This document shows positions 38,640 to 46,235 of a stretch of 64,000 bases of DNA, in pieces (position 1 is the first letter of the stretch; the number at the start of each line of letters is the position of its first letter). The notes beneath the pieces were generated by a model, which was not told where the DNA came from, ran no database searches, and was given only the letters and a program-made list of their open reading frames with translations. Source of the DNA: an uncultured Methanosarcinales archaeon (GTDB lineage: Archaea > Nanobdellota > Nanobdellia > Woesearchaeales > CAYSVS01); contig CAZPRK010000001.1 of NCBI GenBank assembly GCA_964589485.1, positions 184,401 through 248,400 of the forward strand. Reading direction: 5' to 3'. A program made the position numbers and the translations under genes.

Positions 38640-38644
38640 TAAAT

Positions 38645-38884
38645 ATGGAAGATTTACATGAAACAATGCCTGTTTATGTTAAGATTGATGAATATAAGGG
38701 AGTTACTGATTTAATGAATGCAATTAGAGCAAAGGTTAATGATGCAAGAGCTACATTATCTAAAATTAATGACCTTAAAAATGAAGAAGATGCTGAACTT
38801 GAATTATGGCATACAGGATTAGAAGAAGTAGAACGAAAAGTTGATTTCGTTGATAAAGCGTTATTTGAACCATCAGCACTTTAG
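38645..38884 (+). CDS. coiled-coil hypothetical protein (paralog of 38190..38639)
   Basis: The ATG at 38645 is preceded by AGGTGA. The block PVYVKIDEYKGVTDLMNAIRAKVNDARATLSKINDLKNEEDAELELWHTGLEEVERKVDFVDKALF aligns with the previous ORF. Confidence 0.6.
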   Translation: MEDLHETMPVYVKIDEYKGVTDLMNAIRAKVNDARATLSKINDLKNEEDAELELWHTGLEEVERKVDFVDKALFEPSAL

Positions 38885-38895
38885 GTGAATAAATT

Positions 38896-39330
38896 ATGGC
38901 AAAAAAACAACATTCACAAAAACAATTTTTTTATGTCGGAATTAATGACCCTATTGAGATTAGACGATCATTACTTGAGTCATCAAAAGAAATGCTTCAA
39001 TTGTTAAAAAGAAATGAAAAGTTCAAAGAAGTAAGAAAAGAAAAGAAAGAAAACATTTCTAGACTTAAAGACGACATGAAAGAAATAAAGAAATTGTTTG
39101 CTAAGTTGAAATCTCTTTTACCTGTGCATCATTTAAGAATTATCTTGAAAGCTGAAAAAGATAAATTGATAAAACAAAAGGTAAGCACAGTCAAAAAGAA
39201 AAAAACAGTAGCTAAGAAAAAAGTTGCAACCGTTACTAAACAAAAAGTGAATAAGGAAGACTTAAGTGAATTAAAAAAGCTTGAGCAAGAACTAGCAAAC
39301 ATTGAAAATAAACTTGGCGGATTAGTTTAA
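38896..39330 (+). CDS. coiled-coil hypothetical protein with a Lys-rich segment
   Basis: AGGTGA lies 8 nt upstream of the ATG. FFYVGINDPIEIRRSLLESSKEMLQLLKRNEKFKEVRKEKKENISRLKDDMKEIKKLF shows the same beta-strand-plus-coiled-coil layout. It also carries KKKKTVAKKKVATVTKQK. Confidence 0.6.
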   Translation: MAKKQHSQKQFFYVGINDPIEIRRSLLESSKEMLQLLKRNEKFKEVRKEKKENISRLKDDMKEIKKLFAKLKSLLPVHHLRIILKAEKDKLIKQKVSTVKKKKTVAKKKVATVTKQKVNKEDLSELKKLEQELANIENKLGGLV

Positions 39331-39401
39331 GTTAACTTTATATATTTTTTATTAATTCTTTTTATTTTATGCGGATGTGCCGGAGTGGCCAAACGGGACA
39401 G

Positions 39402-39430
39402 TTCATTTAGTAGATATTAAATGAGTCTAT
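39402..39430 (+). other. tRNA-Leu intron 1 (29 nt, non-canonical position 30/31)
   Basis: BHB geometry: central helix GGAC (39396-39399) with GTCT (39425-39428). The 3-nt bulges are AG|T and AT|A. The inner 7-bp helix is TCATTTA/TAAATGA. Confidence 0.65.
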
Positions 39431-39437
39431 ACTCAAG

Positions 39438-39485
39438 TCATTTGAGTAATGAGGTCTATCAAGATCGATGAAATACTTGTGAGCC
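39438..39485 (+). other. tRNA-Leu intron 2 (48 nt, canonical position 37/38)
   Basis: BHB geometry: central helix CTCA (39432-39435) with TGAG (39480-39483). The bulges are AG|T (39436-39438) and CC|A (39484-39486). Confidence 0.7.
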
Positions 39486-39531
39486 ATCTGTTGGCTTAGT
39501 GTCTACGCAGGTTCGAACCCTGCCGTCCGCA

Positions 39532-39539
39532 TTTTTTTT
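39532..39539 (+). terminator. oligo-T terminator after tRNA-Leu
   Basis: TTTTTTTT directly follows the discriminator base. Confidence 0.45.
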
Positions 39540-39572
39540 AGAAATATGTGTAATTGGCCTAATATAGATAAT

Positions 39573-39878
39573 TTAATCATATCTTTCGATTAAATTAACT
39601 TTAAGCTTAGATAAAACAGGATTTTGTATTTTCTTCAAAACTAATTCTATTTTTACATCTTCAAATAAACTTTTTATAAAATCTTTAATTGGTTGAGGGT
39701 TTGTTTCTGAAATTAACGCAAATCTTACTATAGCTTCTTTATCTTGACCATTTTCTACAAGAAAGTTTATTTTATTATTAATTGCGAATTTTCTTAATCT
39801 ACCTCTAACTTTATTTTTTATTAATGGATTATTATTTGAACTAATTTCATATACATCCCATTCGATTATATTATTCAT
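39573..39878 (-). CDS. hypothetical protein (101 aa)
   Basis: ORF only. A weak acylphosphatase-like pattern (VRGRLRKFA...VENGQDKEAIVRFAL) is not enough for a call. Confidence 0.45.
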   Translation of the reverse strand: MNNIIEWDVYEISSNNNPLIKNKVRGRLRKFAINNKINFLVENGQDKEAIVRFALISETNPQPIKDFIKSLFEDVKIELVLKKIQNPVLSKLKVNLIERYD

Positions 39879-39887
39879 TTTAAATCT

Positions 39888-40205
39888 CTAAACATTCAAA
39901 ACTATTATTGAAGTAAGCGCTAAACTTATTCCTATAACTTCCTTTAAACCTAAAGTTTCTTTAAATAAAGTAAACCCTACGATGGCTACGGTTATTAAGT
40001 TAAAACATATTAATACTGCTACTGCTACGGCCATTTCTTTTCTTTTAAAAGAATATGCTAACACAACTCCTGCAATAATATAAAATATGAAAGCAATAAT
40101 CATATCTTGTGAATTTGATTTATTTGCCCAGTATTTTAAAAAAATATCACCTATTGTAAAAAATATTCCGCTTGTACCTGCTAAAATAATAAATATCCAA
40201 TCCAT
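39888..40205 (-). CDS. small four-helix membrane protein, SMR/DMT-like
   Basis: 105 aa with four hydrophobic helices. Its size and topology resemble the EmrE/ArnE families. Confidence 0.5.
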   Translation of the reverse strand: MDWIFIILAGTSGIFFTIGDIFLKYWANKSNSQDMIIAFIFYIIAGVVLAYSFKRKEMAVAVAVLICFNLITVAIVGFTLFKETLGLKEVIGISLALTSIIVLNV

Positions 40206-40265
40206 ATTTGATTTTAAACTATTATATCTAATAAATGTATTGGTTGATCTACTTCAATCCAACCT

Positions 40266-40276
40266 ATTTATATATA
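40266..40276 (+). promoter_or_regulatory. TATA box for the RNase J gene
   Basis: ATTTATATATA is centred 26 nt upstream of the ATG at 40297. Confidence 0.45.
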
Positions 40277-40296
40277 ACTAAAACTTTTATTCTTAA

Positions 40297-41604
40297 ATGA
40301 TAGAAATTAGAACTATTGGGGGATTTGGAGAAGTAGGCAAAAATTGTACTGCAATAAAAATAGATGATTTTGCTTTTATTTTAGATATGGGTATTCATTT
40401 AGATAATTATATTGAATTAACTGAAAATGATTTTGTTGAAAATATTAGTACTAATCAATTAATTAAATCAGAAGCAATCCCTGATACATCTTTCATTAAA
40501 GATTGGAATATAAAAGCAATTATTCCAAGTCATGCACATTTAGATCATATTGGTGCAATTCCTTTTCTTAGTAATAAATTTGATGCAGACATTTTAGCAA
40601 CTCCTTTTACTAATGCTGTTATAAAAAGAATATCTAAAGACGCTAAATCAAAATTAAAAAATAAATTAATTAGTGTTAATCCAAATTCAAGCTATCAGTT
40701 AACTGAAAAATTAAAAATTGAATTTGTAGGGATTACTCATTCAATTCCACAAACTGCATTATTAGTAATTCATACGCCAAAAGGTGCAATTGTATATGCA
40801 AATGATTTTAAATTTGATAATCATCCTGTTATAGGAAATAAACCTAATTTCGATAAATTAAAACAAATAGGGGATAAAGGAGTATTGTGCTTAATTGTTG
40901 AATGTTTATATGCAAGTTATCCACGAAAAACGCCTTCAGAAAAAGTAGCAAGAGAATTGTTAAGGGAAGCTATGTTGGATACTATTACAGAAAATAAAAC
41001 TGTAGTTGCAACTACATTTTCTAGTCATTTAGCTAGGCTAAAAAGTATAATTGATTTTGGTAAAAAAATGAATAGAAAAGTTGTTTTGTTAGGAAGAAGT
41101 TTACACAAATATGTTTCAGCTGGTCAAGAAATAGGAATAATTAATTTTGAAGATGTTAAATTAGTTCCATATAAAAAACAAATTAGGCAATTTTTACGTA
41201 CAATTGAAGATAAAAGTAAATATTTATTTGTAGTAACTGGCCATCAAGGTGAACCTCAGGCAGTATTAAACAGGTTAGCTAATGAAGAATTTGATTTTAA
41301 GTTTAATCAAGGAGATCTTGTATTATTTTCATGTCAAGTTATTCCATCTGAAACAAATGTTCGTAATAGGGATATATTAGATAAAAAGCTTAAAGACCAA
41401 GGAGTAAGGCTATTTACAGATTTACATACATCAGGCCATGCAAGTAAAGAAGACCTTAGACAATTATTGGAATTATTAAGGCCCAAAAATATTATTCCTG
41501 CTCATGGTACTCATGCAATGATGGATTCTTTTAATGAATTAGCAAAAGAAATGAAGCATGAAAAGGTACATCTTATGAAAAATTTTGAAAAACTGATTCT
41601 TTAA
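40297..41604 (+). CDS. rnj: ribonuclease J (archaeal beta-CASP metallo-beta-lactamase RNase)
   Basis: IRTIGGFGEVGKNCTAIKIDD..ILDMG. HxHxDH motif PSHAHLDHIGAIP. beta-CASP region. C-terminal HTSGHASKEDL and PAHG. Confidence 0.75.
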   Translation: MIEIRTIGGFGEVGKNCTAIKIDDFAFILDMGIHLDNYIELTENDFVENISTNQLIKSEAIPDTSFIKDWNIKAIIPSHAHLDHIGAIPFLSNKFDADILATPFTNAVIKRISKDAKSKLKNKLISVNPNSSYQLTEKLKIEFVGITHSIPQTALLVIHTPKGAIVYANDFKFDNHPVIGNKPNFDKLKQIGDKGVLCLIVECLYASYPRKTPSEKVARELLREAMLDTITENKTVVATTFSSHLARLKSIIDFGKKMNRKVVLLGRSLHKYVSAGQEIGIINFEDVKLVPYKKQIRQFLRTIEDKSKYLFVVTGHQGEPQAVLNRLANEEFDFKFNQGDLVLFSCQVIPSETNVRNRDILDKKLKDQGVRLFTDLHTSGHASKEDLRQLLELLRPKNIIPAHGTHAMMDSFNELAKEMKHEKVHLMKNFEKLIL

Positions 41605-41659
41605 CTTAAATATTGGATTTGAGAAAACTTTATAAACCTTTTACAATTCTTGTTTTTCA

Positions 41660-42400
41660 ATGAAACTTACATTAGCTGAACCAAAATATCTAAAAGAGAG
41701 TATTTCTATTATTTCAGAGCTAGTTAATGAAGCTTCTTTTAAGATTACTAAAGATGCAATAGAATTAGTTGCTATGGATCCTGCTAATGTGGCAATGGTT
41801 ATTTATAAATTATTAGGTAGTTGTTTTACTGAATATAATGTAGAAAATGAAGTTGATCTTGCAGTTAATTTAAGTAACATTAAACAAATTTTAAGAAGAG
41901 CAAAACCAAATGATATGATTTCATTAGAATTAGAAGGAAATGAAAAATTAAAAATTACATTAAAGAGTAATACTTTAAGAACATTTTATATTCCTATAAT
42001 TGAATTAGAGGAAAGAGAACAAAAAATTCCTGATTTAAATTTTCCTGCTACTATTACAACAAACTCAACTGTTTTTAATGATGCAATTGAAGATGTAGAT
42101 GTAGTTGCAGAAAGTGTAATTCTATCATCAGAGCCAGGAAAGTTTAATTTATTGGCTGAAGGTGATTTGAGTAAAGTTGATGTTGAAATTAAAGAAAGTG
42201 AAGAAACTAAAATTGAAACTCAAGAAATGGTTAAAGCTAAGTATTCTATTGAATATTTAAAAAAAATGATTAACGGAAGTAAACTTTCAAATGAAGTAAC
42301 TATTAATTTAGGAAAAGATTACCCTTTAAAGATAAGTTATACAGTTGTAGATAAAGTTTTAATGTCATTTATTCTTGCTCCAAGAGTAGATAACGATTAA
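41660..42400 (+). CDS. pcn: DNA polymerase sliding clamp (PCNA)
   Basis: 246 aa. LKESISIISELVNEASFKITKDAIELVAMDPANVAMV. Typical two-domain length and an acidic C-terminus. Confidence 0.85.
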   Translation: MKLTLAEPKYLKESISIISELVNEASFKITKDAIELVAMDPANVAMVIYKLLGSCFTEYNVENEVDLAVNLSNIKQILRRAKPNDMISLELEGNEKLKITLKSNTLRTFYIPIIELEEREQKIPDLNFPATITTNSTVFNDAIEDVDVVAESVILSSEPGKFNLLAEGDLSKVDVEIKESEETKIETQEMVKAKYSIEYLKKMINGSKLSNEVTINLGKDYPLKISYTVVDKVLMSFILAPRVDND

Positions 42401-42440
42401 TCAACAAACATTTAAATATGATTTCTTCATTTATTAATAA

Positions 42441-43736
42441 GTGGTAGATAATACTCAAATTACTAAATGGTTGAATAAAGGAATAATTACTAAAATTCAA
42501 GCAAAAAAAATGCTTGAGGATATTCCTGAAAAGAGTAGATTTCTTTCTTCTGTAACATTAATAGGTTCAATTCTTATTTTTATAGGGTTTGCTTGGTTGA
42601 TTGCAAAAAATTGGCATCAAATAAGTTCAACATTTAAAGTTTTAATATTAGTTATAACAACATTATCAACTTTATCTTTTGGTGTTATTTTAAGGGAAAA
42701 AAATCATAGAGCAGTTGGAAGATCATTGATATTATTAGGATCTTCATTTTACGTATTAAGTTTATTTCTTATTTCTCAGATATATAATTTGGGAACAGGA
42801 TCAGAACATTATTCTTTACTTTTATTTTTTGGATGGACAGTTGTATTTTTAATTGCTTATTTTTTAGAATCATCTGAAAACATTATAATGGGGTTAGTTT
42901 TATTTTCAGTATGGTCTTTTTTTAAATATAATTTTTCAGATAATGTATCTGGTTATATTTTTTTAATACTAGGAATAGGTGTTTTACTTCAAGGTCTTAA
43001 TATTATACACAATTCTCTTAAACATAAATTTTCAACAATATATAGATTTTGGACTGTATTTTATTTTTTATTATTGTTCTTTTTAATTAGTTTTCAAACA
43101 ACCTTACAATACTTAAGTCAATATTATTTGAACGTTAAAATATTTACTCCGTTTCTTATTACTTTTTTAACCTTTTGTTTTTTTGTTTTTATATTTTCAA
43201 ATTTATTTGCTTTTAAGAGAAAAGATTTAAAACTAAAGGAAAGTTTAGTTTTTATTTTAATATTGTTAATATTAAGTAGTTTAATTTTTCTAACTAAAAT
43301 TGGAGCAGAAGATGTCGGACAATGTAGATTAAAAAACTTTGATGAATTTAAAGATTTAGAAAGGCCTTTAGAAAGAAATGAAGGGTGTAAAACATTTGAA
43401 AAAAATGAATGTGCTGATAATTGTATTTGGGATAAATCATATGAATCTGATCTTCCACAAAATTTATGGATACTTTGGATGATTAATAATATTTTATTTA
43501 TTGGTTTTATTATTTTTATTCTTTGGCATGGACAAATATTAAATGCTACTAATATTATAAATTTAGCATTTATATTTTTTGTATTGGAAGTTATTAGCAG
43601 ATACATTGGGTTTTGGATAGATTTTTCAGGGTATTTTGCATTTAGTCTACTCGCAATAAGTGGCGGTGTAATTTTATTACTTGCATCTTGGTTAATACCA
43701 AAATGGAGAAAAAAAGTTTTGTCTAAAGTAAAATGA
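42441..43736 (+). CDS. polytopic membrane protein (DUF2157/DUF4401-like partner of GDYXXLXY proteins) with a Cys-rich loop; GTG start
   Basis: At least 10 hydrophobic helices. Loop GQCRLKNFDEFKDLERPLERNEGCKTFEKNECADNCIWDK. The gene is coupled by 4 nt to the GDYXXLXY gene. Confidence 0.55.
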   Translation: MVDNTQITKWLNKGIITKIQAKKMLEDIPEKSRFLSSVTLIGSILIFIGFAWLIAKNWHQISSTFKVLILVITTLSTLSFGVILREKNHRAVGRSLILLGSSFYVLSLFLISQIYNLGTGSEHYSLLLFFGWTVVFLIAYFLESSENIIMGLVLFSVWSFFKYNFSDNVSGYIFLILGIGVLLQGLNIIHNSLKHKFSTIYRFWTVFYFLLLFFLISFQTTLQYLSQYYLNVKIFTPFLITFLTFCFFVFIFSNLFAFKRKDLKLKESLVFILILLILSSLIFLTKIGAEDVGQCRLKNFDEFKDLERPLERNEGCKTFEKNECADNCIWDKSYESDLPQNLWILWMINNILFIGFIIFILWHGQILNATNIINLAFIFFVLEVISRYIGFWIDFSGYFAFSLLAISGGVILLLASWLIPKWRKKVLSKVK

Positions 43737-44230
43737 AAAAGCAATATAAGAATTTAATATATTCATTAATAATAATAATATTAGTTTTGTTCAGTTTTAT
43801 TTCATATAACCAATGGCCTTTTTTAACTGGTAACACTATGGTCTTAGAAATTATTCCCATAGATCCATTTGATCCTTTTATGGGACAATATATGGTTTTA
43901 AATTATGATATTTCTAATATTTCTGAGTTAAAGCGTGAAAGTAAAGTATATGTAAGTTTAAATGAAGATGAAAATGGTATATGGAGAAAAACTAGTGTTT
44001 CAATTGTAAAGCCAGAAGGAGATTTCATAAAAGGAATAAGGGAAGAAAATTCTTCAATTGTCAAGTATGGTATTGAACAATTTTTTTTTGAGCGTAATGC
44101 TAAAGTTCCTACTGAGAATTTAACTGCCGAAATTAAAGTTGATAATACTGGGAGAGCTGTTTTAATTCAATTACTTCAAAATGGAAAACCAATTGAAATT
44201 GAATATCAAGAATTTGATATTAGAAGTTAA
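43733..44230 (+). CDS. GDYXXLXY-domain protein
   Basis: N-terminal TM segment followed by PIDPFDPFMGQYMVLNYDIS, which fits D.RdllrGDYv.L.Y as G-Q-Y-M-V-L-N-Y. Confidence 0.65.
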   Translation: MKKQYKNLIYSLIIIILVLFSFISYNQWPFLTGNTMVLEIIPIDPFDPFMGQYMVLNYDISNISELKRESKVYVSLNEDENGIWRKTSVSIVKPEGDFIKGIREENSSIVKYGIEQFFFERNAKVPTENLTAEIKVDNTGRAVLIQLLQNGKPIEIEYQEFDIRS

Positions 44231-44260
44231 TTTTATATAGATTATTATGTTTAAAGGCAA

Positions 44261-44635
44261 ATGAGTGTTAATATTAGATTACTTAGTATGACAAAACAGG
44301 GAAATATTTTTATTATTTTAAAGTCGTCTGTGCAAGAAGAAATACTTCCTGATTTAGAAAATACAATTCTATCTTATGCTAAAATGAAAATAAATGATGC
44401 TGAGTTAAATAAGCGTAAAGATGGAAAATATACATTAAATTCAAAAGAATTTGGATTTATAGCTAATGTTAGTATTTATTATAAAGATCCTACTTTTAAT
44501 GACGAAACTAAATTATTTTCAGGACAATATTCAATTTCTTTTAAACCAGCTATATTTAAAGATAAACCTAATTTTAGAAATCCTAATGTAACTAATAAGT
44601 TATATAGTTTTATTATGCGACAATATTTATTTTAA
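44261..44635 (+). CDS. hypothetical protein (124 aa)
   Basis: ORF only. Confidence 0.4.
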   Translation: MSVNIRLLSMTKQGNIFIILKSSVQEEILPDLENTILSYAKMKINDAELNKRKDGKYTLNSKEFGFIANVSIYYKDPTFNDETKLFSGQYSISFKPAIFKDKPNFRNPNVTNKLYSFIMRQYLF

Positions 44636-45034
44636 CTTATTATGAGCCTTTACGGCCTTTTTTAATAATTCTTTTCTATGTATTTTTTCATCTAATGTCC
44701 ATTTATCTGGCCCATTCATGAATACAACCATTGTTGCTACTGTTAAAACCATATCACGAATGGCTAAATCATTATATCCTAAGTTCATTGTAATTAACAT
44801 TAAATGTAAAGATAAAATTATAGAAGTAAATTTAGTAAATAGTCCTATCAATAAAAGAAAACCAAGTATTGTTTCAAATATACCATTAAAAATAATTAAA
44901 TTATTTCCATATTTTGCAGCCCAATCTGGAACATATCCAATAAACATATTTGTATTAATTATTTGATTTATCCCAAACCATAAAAACATTAAACTAATGT
45001 TTATTCTTAGCATTAAGTTAGCATATTCTTTCAT
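44627..45034 (-). CDS. DoxX-family membrane protein
   Basis: Four helices. The start LMLRINISLMFLWFGINQI is typical of DoxX. Confidence 0.55.
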   Translation of the reverse strand: MKEYANLMLRINISLMFLWFGINQIINTNMFIGYVPDWAAKYGNNLIIFNGIFETILGFLLLIGLFTKFTSIILSLHLMLITMNLGYNDLAIRDMVLTVATMVVFMNGPDKWTLDEKIHRKELLKKAVKAHNKLK

Positions 45035-45116
45035 ATAATGTATACATCTTCTCTCTTTTATAAATTTTTGTTTTAAACAATAATCATTATATAGAAGTTA
45101 TCAAATTTGATTTATC

Positions 45117-46235
45117 ATGGCAAGTTATAGTAATTCTAGAATTAATACTTTTGATCAATGTAGATTAAAATATAAATTACAGTATATAGATAAAATTAAA
45201 GTTGATATTCAAAATACAATTGAAGCTTTTATGGGTGATTTAGTACATAGAGCTTTAGAAAAATTATATTCTGATCTTAAATTTCAAATATTAAACTCTA
45301 AGGAAGAAGTTTTAAAATATTACGATGAACTATGGGAAAAAGAGTATACAACTGATATATTAATTGTAAAAAAACATTTGTCTGAAGGTCATTATAAACA
45401 ATTAGGAGAACAATTTATTATTAATTATTATGATACTCATAAACCATTTGATCAAATGAAAATAGTTGGTTTAGAAACTAAAGATAAATTAATGCTTCCT
45501 GATGGAAACATGTATCATGTTAGAATTGATAAATTAGGTTTTATTGGAGATACATTTTATGTTTGTGATTATAAAACTAGTAGTAGAATGAAAGGTCAAG
45601 GTGAAGCAGATAAAGATGCTCAATTGGCTATGTATTCTTTATGGGTTAAAAATAATTATAAAAATGCGAAAAAAATAGTATTAAAATGGTATATGTTAGC
45701 ATTTAACAAAGTAGTTACTTCTGAGCGGACTGAAGAAGAATTACTAGGGTTACAAGATCAAATTGTACAAAAGATTAAAGTTATTGAAAATGCAACTTCA
45801 TTTAATCCTACTATTACTCCATTATGTAATTATTGTGTGTTTCAAGAAGTTTGTCCAGCTCAACAAAAGAAAAAGGAAGAAAACATTGCAATGGAAACGC
45901 ATTTTGGAAAAACTATGGTTGATGCTTTATCTTCTTTGACTAACCAAAGAGAACAGATTGATTCTGAAATTGGAAAAATTAAAGATAGATTGATTGAATT
46001 TTCACAGAAAAAAAATATTCCAATAGTACATGGATCAAATACTAGAGCTTCTGTTGTTAGAGATGTAAGCATTTCTTATCCTAAAGATAAAAAATCTTTT
46101 ATGCATCTAGTTAAAGATGTTTATGAAAATGTTTCTGTGGTTAATTCAGATTCTCAATTATTACTTCAAGACATAGAAGAACATTTATCAGATAAGTTAG
46201 ATGTAGAAGTTAGTTATGATGTTAAGTTGGAATGA
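45117..46235 (+). CDS. PD-(D/E)XK nuclease (Cas4/AddB-like, 4-Cys cluster) with a C-terminal extension of about 120 aa
   Basis: SRINTFDQCRLKYKLQYI; GDLVHRALE; RIDKLGF..FYVCDYKTS (D..D/ExK core); CNYCVFQEVC. The 1+3 Cys pattern matches Cas4/AddB Fe-S nucleases. Confidence 0.7.
   Translation: MASYSNSRINTFDQCRLKYKLQYIDKIKVDIQNTIEAFMGDLVHRALEKLYSDLKFQILNSKEEVLKYYDELWEKEYTTDILIVKKHLSEGHYKQLGEQFIINYYDTHKPFDQMKIVGLETKDKLMLPDGNMYHVRIDKLGFIGDTFYVCDYKTSSRMKGQGEADKDAQLAMYSLWVKNNYKNAKKIVLKWYMLAFNKVVTSERTEEELLGLQDQIVQKIKVIENATSFNPTITPLCNYCVFQEVCPAQQKKKEENIAMETHFGKTMVDALSSLTNQREQIDSEIGKIKDRLIEFSQKKNIPIVHGSNTRASVVRDVSISYPKDKKSFMHLVKDVYENVSVVNSDSQLLLQDIEEHLSDKLDVEVSYDVKLE

Larger units (their letters stand above)
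39371..39531 (+). tRNA. tRNA-Leu (CAA), class II, with two introns; predicted mature length 84 nt
   Basis: Acceptor GCGGATG/CGTCCGC with discriminator A. D arm CCG-GAGTGGCCAAA-CGG. T arm GCAGG-TTCGAAC-CCTGC. 15-nt variable arm TGGCTTAGTGTCTAC. After removing 39402-39430 and 39438-39485, the anticodon arm is ACAGA-CTCAAGA-TCTGT. A T8 tract follows the gene. Confidence 0.8.

Noticed and set aside
39371-39531. An apparent CAU (Met/Ile2) anticodon directly after the 5' half of the anticodon stem of the 161-nt tRNA.
   Set aside because: The gene has a class II long variable arm, which is incompatible with Met or Ile. The CAU lies inside a segment bounded by a good BHB motif. The spliced product gives the canonical Leu loop CUCAAGA.
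43124-43744. A 206-aa antisense ORF inside the DUF2157-like gene. There are many similar nested antisense ORFs, for example 621-851, 8549-8900, 9963-10187, 17701-18236, 21841-22248, 34339-34671, 35152-35794, 36142-37893 and 63743-63976.
   Set aside because: All are fully nested opposite well-supported genes. They are rich in F/L/I/S/K, as expected from the reverse complement of AT-rich coding DNA, and they lack motifs or plausible starts.
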